NCBI GenBank assembly: GCA_963761305.1
Contig: CAVXGK010000002.1
Coordinates: 480,001-544,000 of the forward strand
Direction: 5' to 3'
Length of the DNA stretch: 64,000 bases
Origin: an uncultured Gemmatimonadaceae bacterium
Lineage (GTDB): Bacteria > Gemmatimonadota > Gemmatimonadetes > Gemmatimonadales > Gemmatimonadaceae
Shown here: in pieces, positions 56,746 to 64,000 of the stretch
Layout of the letters: every line of letters starts with the position of its first letter
Numbering within the stretch: position 1 is the first letter of the stretch
Position numbers and translations under genes: made by a program
The notes under the pieces: model-generated
The model's input: only the letters and a program-made list of their open reading frames with translations
Databases searched by the model: none
What the model was told of the DNA's origin: nothing

Positions 56746-57873
56746 GTGCCCCCCCGCCACGTGTACGTGCACGTCCCATTTTGCGCGCGCCGCTGCGTGT
56801 ACTGCGATTTCTCGATCGCCGTGCGGCGCGACGTGCCGGTGGACGAGTACGTGACGTCCGTGGAGCGGGAGTTGGCGATTCGATTCGCCGAATCAGGTCC
56901 ATGGCGCGCGTCGACCCTCTATCTGGGCGGCGGGACGCCATCGCGACTCGGTGCATCCGGTGTTTCGCGATTGCTCGAGACGCTCACCAAACGAATCGAC
57001 GTCGCCCCGGACCCCGAGGTGACGCTCGAAGCCAATCCTGACGACGTCACCGCCGATGCAGCGCACGCCTGGCGCGATGCCGGCGTCAACCGCCTCTCGC
57101 TCGGCGCACAGTCATTCGACGACGGCGTCCTGCGCTGGATGCACCGAACCCACGACTCGGCGCAGATTTCGCGCGCCGTCGACGCCGCCCGCCTCGCCGG
57201 CATCGACGACGTGTCCGTCGACCTGATCTTCTCGCTGCCCGAAAGCGTACCGCGCTCGTGGCGTTCAGACCTCGAGCGCGCGCTCGCCCTCGAGCCGACG
57301 CACGTCTCGTTGTACGGACTCACCGTCGAGCCGCACACGCCGCTCGGTCGTTGGCGTCAGCGCGGCGAGGTTCAGGAATCGCCGGACGAGCGCTACGAAA
57401 CGGAATTCCTCGTGGCGCACGACGTTCTGACGGCCGCCGGGTTCGATCACTACGAGGTCTCGAACTTCGGGCGGCCGGGCCACCGCGCGCGCCACAACTC
57501 GTCGTACTGGGAGCGCACGCCCTACGCCGGACTCGGTCCGTCGTCGCACGAATTCGACGGGGCGGAGCGCCGTTGGAATCACGGGGCCTACGCCGAGTGG
57601 TGCCGTCGCGTCGCCGAAGGGTCGGACCCGGTCGCGGGCCGCGAGACGCTCACCCCCGACGAAGAGTCGGCGGAGCAGGTGTACCTCGGCCTCCGGACGA
57701 CCAACGGGCTGGACCTCGCAAGCCACGAAGCGGCCCGTGTTTCGGCCTGGATCCACGAGAAATGGGCGCAACTCGATGGTACAAACCGCATCGTTTTGAC
57801 CCCACTCGGCTGGCTCCGTCTGGACGCCCTCGCGGCCGACTTGACAGTGGGCCGAAGTCGTTACTATGTTTGA
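56746..57873 (+). CDS. hemW: Radical SAM heme chaperone HemW
   Basis: YVHVPFCARRCVYCDF, GGGTPS, YEVSNF and HNSSYW; upstream of hrcA. Confidence 0.92.
   Translation: MPPRHVYVHVPFCARRCVYCDFSIAVRRDVPVDEYVTSVERELAIRFAESGPWRASTLYLGGGTPSRLGASGVSRLLETLTKRIDVAPDPEVTLEANPDDVTADAAHAWRDAGVNRLSLGAQSFDDGVLRWMHRTHDSAQISRAVDAARLAGIDDVSVDLIFSLPESVPRSWRSDLERALALEPTHVSLYGLTVEPHTPLGRWRQRGEVQESPDERYETEFLVAHDVLTAAGFDHYEVSNFGRPGHRARHNSSYWERTPYAGLGPSSHEFDGAERRWNHGAYAEWCRRVAEGSDPVAGRETLTPDEESAEQVYLGLRTTNGLDLASHEAARVSAWIHEKWAQLDGTNRIVLTPLGWLRLDALAADLTVGRSRYYV
57841..57870 (+). promoter_or_regulatory. Sigma70 promoter for hrcA inside the hemW 3' end
   Basis: TTGACA-18 nt-TATGTT, ending 7 nt before ATG57878. Confidence 0.65.
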
Positions 57874-57877
57874 AGTT

Positions 57878-58927
57878 ATGGCATCAGAGCAGCTCAATAG
57901 GCGTGAACGCCGCGTGCTCGAGGCCGTGATCCGAAGTTATGTGGAGACTGCGGAGCCGGCCGGCTCGCGGACCCTCTCCAGGCGGTTCGGGCTCGGCGTT
58001 TCTCCGGCGACGATCCGCAATACGATGAGCGACCTCGAAGACAAGGGGTTCCTCTTCCATCCGCATACCTCCGCCGGTCGCGTCCCGACCAACAAGGCGT
58101 ACCGCGCGCATGTCGACTCGCTCCTGAGCCTGCCACCGCTTCAAGCGGCGGAGACCGAGCGCCTGATCGAGGGGCTCACTGGCGCGAACGCGTCGCCGAT
58201 CGAGATGGTGCTCCGTCGCGCCGCGCAAACGCTGGGCGTGCTGACGCAGGAGTTGGGCGTCGCCCTCGGCCCGCGCCTCGACCACTCGGTGCTGCGCCGT
58301 CTCGAACTCGTGCGTGTGAGCAGCGAGCGGATGCTCATGGTGCTCTCGCTCGAGGGCGGCCTGGTCCGCACGGTGTTCGTCGAGGTGCCGGTGGATATCG
58401 CTGACACGGCGCTCGGTGCCGTCACGGCGGTGCTCAACGAGCGGCTCGCCGGTCTCACGCTCGCCCAGATTCGCGGCTCGCTTCCGGAGCGTTTGCGCGA
58501 CGCCGGCGCCGCGCCGAGCGCGGCCGAGTTGCTCAACATCTTCGTGCAGGAAGGCGACCAGCTGTTCGAGGCCGCGCTACCCGCGTCCGACATGCAGCCC
58601 GTTCTCCTCGGCTCGATGTCGGCGCTCGCCGAGCAGCCGGAGTTTTCGGCCGCCGATCGGCTTCGACGGCTGCTCGAGCTGACGGAAGCGCCGCACGCGC
58701 TCGGCGAGACGATGCGGAAACGCGTCCACGCGCCGGGCATCTCGATCACGATCGGCGCCGAGCACGACGATCCGCGATTGGAAGACTTTACCGTCGTCAC
58801 GGCGGAGTATCACATCGGCCCGTTGGCCGGGGTGATCGGCGTCATCGGACCGACGCGCATGCCGTACGACAAAGTGATCGCGCTGGTGAGCCACACGTCG
58901 CAACTGCTCAGCGACCTTCTCGAATAA
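57878..58927 (+). CDS. hrcA: Heat-inducible transcription repressor
   Basis: [23 protein letters not shown] and [10 protein letters not shown]. Confidence 0.96.
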   Translation: MASEQLNRRERRVLEAVIRSYVETAEPAGSRTLSRRFGLGVSPATIRNTMSDLEDKGFLFHPHTSAGRVPTNKAYRAHVDSLLSLPPLQAAETERLIEGLTGANASPIEMVLRRAAQTLGVLTQELGVALGPRLDHSVLRRLELVRVSSERMLMVLSLEGGLVRTVFVEVPVDIADTALGAVTAVLNERLAGLTLAQIRGSLPERLRDAGAAPSAAELLNIFVQEGDQLFEAALPASDMQPVLLGSMSALAEQPEFSAADRLRRLLELTEAPHALGETMRKRVHAPGISITIGAEHDDPRLEDFTVVTAEYHIGPLAGVIGVIGPTRMPYDKVIALVSHTSQLLSDLLE

Positions 58928-58931
58928 ACCG

Positions 58932-60062
58932 ATGGCCGACTTTTACGGCGTTCTCGACGTCCCGCGAACGGCGAGCGACGAAGAGATCAAGAAGGCATAT
59001 CGCAAGCTCGCGATGACGTATCATCCCGACCGCAACAATGGCGCGAAGGAAGCCGAGGAGCGGTTCAAGGAGATCACTGAGGCGTACGACGTGCTGCGCG
59101 ATCCGCAGAAGCGCGCGGCGTACGACCGGTACGGCGAAGCAGGGCTCCGCGGCGGCTCTGGCGGGTTCCACCACGTGGACCTCTCCGAAGCGCTCGGCAT
59201 CTTCATGCGCGACTTCGGCGGCCTCGGCGGGCTCGAGTCGCTGTTCGGGATGGGCACGCAAGGCGACCCGCGCGCCGGCGCCGACGTCAAGATGACCGTG
59301 CCGCTCACGCTCGCCGAGGTGGCGACCGGCGTCGAGAAGAAAATTCTCATCAGAGTGCTCGAACCGTGCGCGAAATGCGACGGCACGGGCGCCGAATCGG
59401 GGTCCAAGTCGCAGACCTGCGCCACGTGCAGCGGACGCGGCGAAGTTCGGCGGGCCCAGCGCTCGTTCTTCGGCCAGTTCGTGAGCGTGACGACTTGTCC
59501 GACGTGCCACGGCGAAGGCAAAGTCGTCCACACGCCGTGCAAGGTGTGTCGGGGCGAGGGGCGGCTTCGCGGGGAGCGCGAGCTGACCGTGCAGATCCCG
59601 CCCGGCGTGGCGACGGGTCAGTACATGACGATGCGCGGCGCCGGCAACGCCGGCATGCGGGGCGGTGCCACGGGCGACGTCCACGTGCTGTTCGAAGTCG
59701 CCGACGATCCGCGCTTCGAGCGCGACGGCGAGGATTTATATACCGAGGTGCTGACCACGTATCCGCAGCTCGCGCTCGGATCGCAGGTGAGTGTGCCGAC
59801 GGTGTCGGGTCACACGACGCTCGACGTTCCAGCCGGAACGCAGAGCGGACAGGTCTTTCACCTGCGCGGCCGTGGTCTGCCGCGCGTGAATGCGAACGGG
59901 ATCGGCGACCTGCACGTGCGCGTCCAACTCTGGACGCCCGAGCGTTTCACCGAAGAGGAACGCCAGATTCTGGCGCGCCTTGGCGAGCTGCAGCCCGGCG
60001 TTCCGGCGGACGGCCGCTCGAAGGGCTTCTGGGCAAAGATGAAAGAAGCCCTCGGTGCGTGA
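58932..60062 (+). CDS. dnaJ: Chaperone DnaJ
   Basis: HPD J-domain and four CxxCxGxG repeats. Confidence 0.97.
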   Translation: MADFYGVLDVPRTASDEEIKKAYRKLAMTYHPDRNNGAKEAEERFKEITEAYDVLRDPQKRAAYDRYGEAGLRGGSGGFHHVDLSEALGIFMRDFGGLGGLESLFGMGTQGDPRAGADVKMTVPLTLAEVATGVEKKILIRVLEPCAKCDGTGAESGSKSQTCATCSGRGEVRRAQRSFFGQFVSVTTCPTCHGEGKVVHTPCKVCRGEGRLRGERELTVQIPPGVATGQYMTMRGAGNAGMRGGATGDVHVLFEVADDPRFERDGEDLYTEVLTTYPQLALGSQVSVPTVSGHTTLDVPAGTQSGQVFHLRGRGLPRVNANGIGDLHVRVQLWTPERFTEEERQILARLGELQPGVPADGRSKGFWAKMKEALGA

Positions 60063-60892
60063 CGAAAGACGTCGAGTGGATCACGGTTCGCGTTACGCCG
60101 GGCGCGCGACGCGACGACGTTCTGGCCGCGCTGTTCGAAGCCGGCGCCGAAGGCGTTCAGGAACTTCCCGATAGTCTCGTGACGCACGCGCACGGGCCGG
60201 ATGACGCGAGCCGGTTCGAGCGGGCCGCGCTCGCCGTCGCCAGCGACGTGTCGGTGGAGACGGAGCCGCTCGCGATCAGCGATTGGTCCGAGCGCTGGAA
60301 GCAGTCGCTCACGGTGCAGCGCGTCGGGCGACTCACCATCGTCCCGCCGTGGCTCGCCGCCGATCTGGATCCCGCGACGACGATCGTCATCGAGCCTGGA
60401 ATGGCGTTTGGGACCGGCGATCACGCCACCACGCGATCCGTCGTGCGTCTGTTGCAAGACGTCGTGCGCGCGGGCGACCACGTCGCCGACCTCGGTGCCG
60501 GCAGCGCGGTGCTCGCGATCGCCGCGGCCAAGCTCGGCGCGGCGCGCGCGGTGGCGATCGAGTTGGATCACGACGCCATAGCAAATGCCGAAGAGAACGT
60601 GCGGCGCAATGACGTCGACGACGTCGTGACCGTTGTCGAGGGCCACGCGGCCTCGCTGCTGCCGCTCGTCGCTCCCGTGCAAATCATCACGGCGAACATC
60701 ATCTCGTCGGTGCTCATCGACTTGCTGCCGACGATCGGCGCGTCGCTCGCGCTTGGGGGAGGCGCGATTCTCAGCGGCATCCTCGCGTCCGAGCGAACGG
60801 TGATGATCGACGAGCTCGGCCGCGCGGGCTGGCGCGTTGCCGCCGAAATCGAAGAGGGCGAATGGTGGAGCGCGACGGTCGAGCGGCGATAG
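60059..60892 (+). CDS. prmA: Ribosomal protein L11 methyltransferase
   Basis: [24 protein letters not shown] and LSGIL. Confidence 0.93.
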   Translation: MTKDVEWITVRVTPGARRDDVLAALFEAGAEGVQELPDSLVTHAHGPDDASRFERAALAVASDVSVETEPLAISDWSERWKQSLTVQRVGRLTIVPPWLAADLDPATTIVIEPGMAFGTGDHATTRSVVRLLQDVVRAGDHVADLGAGSAVLAIAAAKLGAARAVAIELDHDAIANAEENVRRNDVDDVVTVVEGHAASLLPLVAPVQIITANIISSVLIDLLPTIGASLALGGGAILSGILASERTVMIDELGRAGWRVAAEIEEGEWWSATVERR

Positions 60893-61608
60893 CCACGTTT
60901 TATGTGGACGCCCGGCTCGCGCCGGGCGAATCAGTCACGCCGAGCGACGACGTGCGGAATCATCTGCGCGCGCGCAGGCTCGGCGACGGCGAAGCGATTC
61001 AGCTTACGGACGGCGGCGGACATCTCGCCGCCGCCACCGTGCGCCTTCACGGCCGCCGCGACTTCGAGCTCGTCGTGTCGTCGGTAGCGATCGTCGAACG
61101 ACAACCAGCCATCCATCTGTGTGCGCCGATCGCCGACCGCGATCGCATGCTCTGGCTCGCCGAGAAGGCAACCGAGCTCGAGGTTTCGAGCTGGCAAGGC
61201 GTCAACTTTCGGCGCTCGGCGAGCGTGATTCCTCGCGGCGAGGGTCCCGGATTCTCGACGCGCGCGCGCGCTCGAATGATCTCCGCCCTCGAGCAATCCG
61301 GTGGCGCGTGGCTGCCGTCGGTGCTCGCGGATTCTGATGTAACGGCGGCCTCGCGTGAAGCGACCCCAACGCGCATCGTCATGGACCCTCGGGGTGAGCC
61401 GCTCCTGTCCGCGCTCGGGCGCAACGCCGGCGAGGGTGTCACCTTGTTGGTCGGCCCGGAAGGCGGCATCGAAGACGATGAGCTCGCGTCGCTCGAAGCG
61501 GCTGGATGGCGGCGCGCGCGACTCGGCGCGTCGATACTGCGATTCGAGACGGCGGCGGTCGCGGCGATCGCGGTCGCGCGGGCCGCGCAATGTTCACGGG
61601 AGAGCTAG
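60862..61608 (+). CDS. rsmE: 16S rRNA m3U1498 methyltransferase
   Basis: EKATELEV, ALEQS, VGPEGG and LGASILRFETA. Confidence 0.92.
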   Translation: MVERDGRAAIATFYVDARLAPGESVTPSDDVRNHLRARRLGDGEAIQLTDGGGHLAAATVRLHGRRDFELVVSSVAIVERQPAIHLCAPIADRDRMLWLAEKATELEVSSWQGVNFRRSASVIPRGEGPGFSTRARARMISALEQSGGAWLPSVLADSDVTAASREATPTRIVMDPRGEPLLSALGRNAGEGVTLLVGPEGGIEDDELASLEAAGWRRARLGASILRFETAAVAAIAVARAAQCSRES

Positions 61609-61950
61609 ATGGCCGACGACTGCATCTTCTGCCGCATCGTGCGTCGCGAGATTCCGGCGACGATCGTTCACGAGGACGAACAGTGCATCGCGTTTCGCGA
61701 CATCAACCCGCAGGCGCCGGTGCACGTCGTGATCGTGACCCGCGAACACGTCACGTCGCTCGACCAGGCGACGAGCGGTGCTCAGCTTGGTGCGTTGTCA
61801 CTGGCGGCGCGGGACATCGCCCGGAACGAGAAGATCGCGCAGACGGGCTATCGGACTGTCGTCAACACGAACTCCAACGGCGGACAGACGGTATTCCACC
61901 TGCACATGCACGTCCTGGGCGGTCGCCACATGACCTGGCCGCCGGGATAG
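61609..61950 (+). CDS. HIT family protein
   Basis: DCIFCRI, FRDINPQAP, GQTVFHLHMH and WPPG. Confidence 0.95.
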   Translation: MADDCIFCRIVRREIPATIVHEDEQCIAFRDINPQAPVHVVIVTREHVTSLDQATSGAQLGALSLAARDIARNEKIAQTGYRTVVNTNSNGGQTVFHLHMHVLGGRHMTWPPG

Positions 61951-61979
61951 CAGGGGAAGGGTGGACGAGGCCGCCGCGA

Positions 61980-62053
61980 TGCGCCCAGAGGGACTCGAAC
62001 CCCCAACCTTCTGATCCGAAGTCAGATGCTCTATCCAATTGAGCTATGAGCGC
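61980..62053 (-). tRNA. tRNA-Arg(TCG), CCA not encoded
   Basis: GCGCTCA acceptor, TCTGA-CT-TCG-GA-TCAGA anticodon arm and GGTTCGA T-loop. Confidence 0.93.
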
Positions 62054-62098
62054 CGGGCAGCGACCAACTGACTCGTAAACTGAGCAAAAACTGCCGAG

Positions 62099-62128
62099 TT
62101 GACAAGTCGGCGGCGCAATCCATAAGTT
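62099..62128 (+). promoter_or_regulatory. Sigma70 promoter of the rpsU operon
   Basis: TTGACA-18 nt-TAAGTT. Confidence 0.7.
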
Positions 62129-62184
62129 TAACGGCTTGCTTCACTTATCAGGCGCGCAAACGCCGCAAAGGGGGGAGAGTCAGT

Positions 62185-62373
62185 TTGTCGGAAGTCATCA
62201 TCCACGACGATGAAAACTTCGAGCGGGCACTCAAGCGCTTCAAAAAGAAGTGTGAAAAGGCCGGCATCTTGTCGGACCTGAGAAAGCACCGCCACTACGA
62301 AAAGCCGAGCGAACGGCGGAAGCGAAAGCTCAACGCCGCGATCCGGAAGAATCGTCGCACGCGCCACGGCTAA
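62185..62373 (+). CDS. rpsU: 30S ribosomal protein S21
   Basis: [24 protein letters not shown] start after GGGGGAG. Confidence 0.97.
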   Translation: MSEVIIHDDENFERALKRFKKKCEKAGILSDLRKHRHYEKPSERRKRKLNAAIRKNRRTRHG

Positions 62374-62831
62374 TGGCCGCGGCACTGCTCACGCGTCTGC
62401 AGGACGACCTCACCGCTTCGCGTAAAGCGCAGAACAAGGCGAAGGTTCTGCTCCTCGGCACCATCCTCGCCGACGCAAAGAACCGTGAGATCGAGCTCAA
62501 ACGCGACCTCACCGACGACGACGTCGTGGAGGTTCTGCGCCGTGGCATCAAGAAGCGGCGTGAGTCGGTCGAGATGTACGAGAAGGGCGCCCGCGCCGAT
62601 CTCGCCGCCACGGAACAAGGCGAGCTCGACATGCTCGCGGCGTACCTTCCTCCGGCGGTCGACGACGCGGAGATTCGCGCCGCCGTCGTTGCCGCGATCG
62701 AAGGCGGTGCGGCGAACGTCGGCGCGGTAATGGGCAAGGTGATGGGCCAGTTCAAAGGGCGCGCCGAGGGCAGCGTGATCAACGCCATCGTGCGCGAGGA
62801 ACTGGCGGCGAGAGCCTCACGCACGAGTTGA
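62373..62831 (+). CDS. GatB/YqeY domain protein
   Basis: KKRRESVEMYEKGAR.DL, AYLP and GAVMGKVM; follows rpsU. Confidence 0.92.
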   Translation: MAAALLTRLQDDLTASRKAQNKAKVLLLGTILADAKNREIELKRDLTDDDVVEVLRRGIKKRRESVEMYEKGARADLAATEQGELDMLAAYLPPAVDDAEIRAAVVAAIEGGAANVGAVMGKVMGQFKGRAEGSVINAIVREELAARASRTS

Positions 62832-62883
62832 GGCGCCGACCACCCTCGTTCGCGGTTGTCGAGGGTCTGACGAAGGGTCTGCC

Positions 62884-64000
62884 GTGAACGCGCACGCGCT
62901 GAACATCCTCGAGCTCCCGCGCGTGCTCGACGTCGTCGCCGGGTTCGCGACGTCGAGCCTCGGCACCGAGCACGTGCGTGCGCTGACGCCGTCGACCGAT
63001 GCGTCGCATCTCGACCGCCAACACTCCCGCATCGCCGCGATGCGCGCCGCGGCAAGCGGCGACGATCAGTGGCGTCCACACCCGATCCCCGACCTCAACG
63101 CGCCGCTGGCGCGACTGCGTGTCGAGGGCGCGGCGTGGAGCGGACCCGATCTCGTCGCCGGCGCCGCCATGCTTCGGTCGTCTCGTCTCACGCAGAGCGA
63201 GCTACGCGACGCGCGACGGCCCGCCGTCGTCGGCGCGGTGTTGTCGCCGTTGCTCGATGCGTTGATCGCGCAGCCTTCGATCGAGGCCGCGGTCGACAAG
63301 ACGGTGCAGGAAGACGGCACGGTGAAGGACGACGCCTCGCCCGCGCTGCGCCACCTTCGACGCGAGCTTCGCGCCGCGCACGACACGCTGATTCGGATTC
63401 TCGAGCGCGAGATGGGCCGCCTCGAGTCGCACCACCGCGTGGCGGATTCGTCGGTGACGGTGCGAAACGGGCGGTACGTGATTCCCGTGCGGCGCGGCGG
63501 ACAGGTTGGTACGGGCGGGATCGTGCACGACGCGTCGGCCTCCGGCGGAACGCTGTTCGTCGAACCGGCCGCCGCGGTCGAATTCGGGAACCGCATCCGC
63601 GAGCTGGAGCACGAGGAGCTGGCCGAGGTCGAGCGCATTCTGCTCGCCCTCACTGATACGCTACGCCCGCATCGCGACGGAATGATGGCCGCGCTGTCCG
63701 CGCTCGTAGAGCTGGACAGTTTGTTCGCCCGCGCGCGCTTCGCCGACGCGTACGCCTGCGCGCCGGCACAACTGGTCGATCCCGGCGCGGGTTTCGAGAT
63801 CCATAACGGCCGCCATCCGCTGCTGCTGGCGCAGGGCGTGAGCGTCGTTCCGTTCGACCTGTCGATGAACGCCGACGAGCGAACGCTCCTCGTGTCCGGC
63901 CCCAACACCGGCGGCAAGACGGTCCTGCTCAAAGCGCTCGGCCTTCTCTCTTCACTCGCGCAGTCAGGGGTTCCGGCGCCCGTCGGCGCCGGCAGCCGCA
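62884..64000 (+). CDS. mutS2: Endonuclease MutS2 (runs off the window end)
   Basis: GTG62884, then ALNILEL, DDASPAL, RNGRYVIPV, GIVHDASASGGTLFVEP, GRHPLL and Walker A GPNTGGKT. Confidence 0.93.
   Translation, partial: MNAHALNILELPRVLDVVAGFATSSLGTEHVRALTPSTDASHLDRQHSRIAAMRAAASGDDQWRPHPIPDLNAPLARLRVEGAAWSGPDLVAGAAMLRSSRLTQSELRDARRPAVVGAVLSPLLDALIAQPSIEAAVDKTVQEDGTVKDDASPALRHLRRELRAAHDTLIRILEREMGRLESHHRVADSSVTVRNGRYVIPVRRGGQVGTGGIVHDASASGGTLFVEPAAAVEFGNRIRELEHEELAEVERILLALTDTLRPHRDGMMAALSALVELDSLFARARFADAYACAPAQLVDPGAGFEIHNGRHPLLLAQGVSVVPFDLSMNADERTLLVSGPNTGGKTVLLKALGLLSSLAQSGVPAPVGAGSR

Noticed and set aside
56746..57873. Second radical SAM gene as a novel enzyme
   Set aside because: The HNxxYW motif and position before hrcA identify ordinary HemW.
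61506..62042. ORF ending in CAQRDSNPQPSDPKSDALSN
   Set aside because: A typical spurious translation of the antisense tRNA-Arg.

Overview
A high-GC, gene-dense bacterial chromosome segment made mostly of housekeeping operons on the + strand. The gene content and protein style suggest Gemmatimonadota (inference, not searched). Gene order: ccsA-like 3' end, sirC (frameshifted), hemA, epimerase, tolQRAB-pal-cpoB, tatC, lptD-like; hutH-hutU-radical SAM-hutI; large TPR protein, ispB, DUF4321-like, tatA, lipoprotein; a secreted protein behind a sigma54-type promoter and a SurA/PpiD-like gene (both -); TPR-aroQ-M24 peptidase-accB-PilT/PilU-accC-ftsK; yraN, recA-recX, alaS, PHP phosphatase, gmhA/SDR, asparaginase, tRNA nucleotidyltransferase, ZIP, rarA, LEA2, hflX; tRNA-Val and tRNA-Ile2; rfaE1; DMT, class-3 asparaginase, CMD, obgE, dprA, hemW, hrcA, dnaJ, prmA, rsmE, HIT; tRNA-Arg(UCG); rpsU, yqeY, mutS2 (partial). 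No integrase, transposase, prophage or CRISPR array is visible. Best candidates for undescribed biology: (1) a radical SAM enzyme inside the histidine-utilisation operon; (2) a PilT/PilU ATPase between accB and accC, with two large acidic TPR proteins nearby; (3) a sigma54/enhancer-driven pilin-like secreted protein; (4) hflX with no canonical start, possibly an ATA start coupled to a uORF; (5) repeated leaderless-gene architecture; (6) a TTTC-N7-GTTC box over the recA -10. Several frame anomalies sit at homopolymers and may be sequencing errors.
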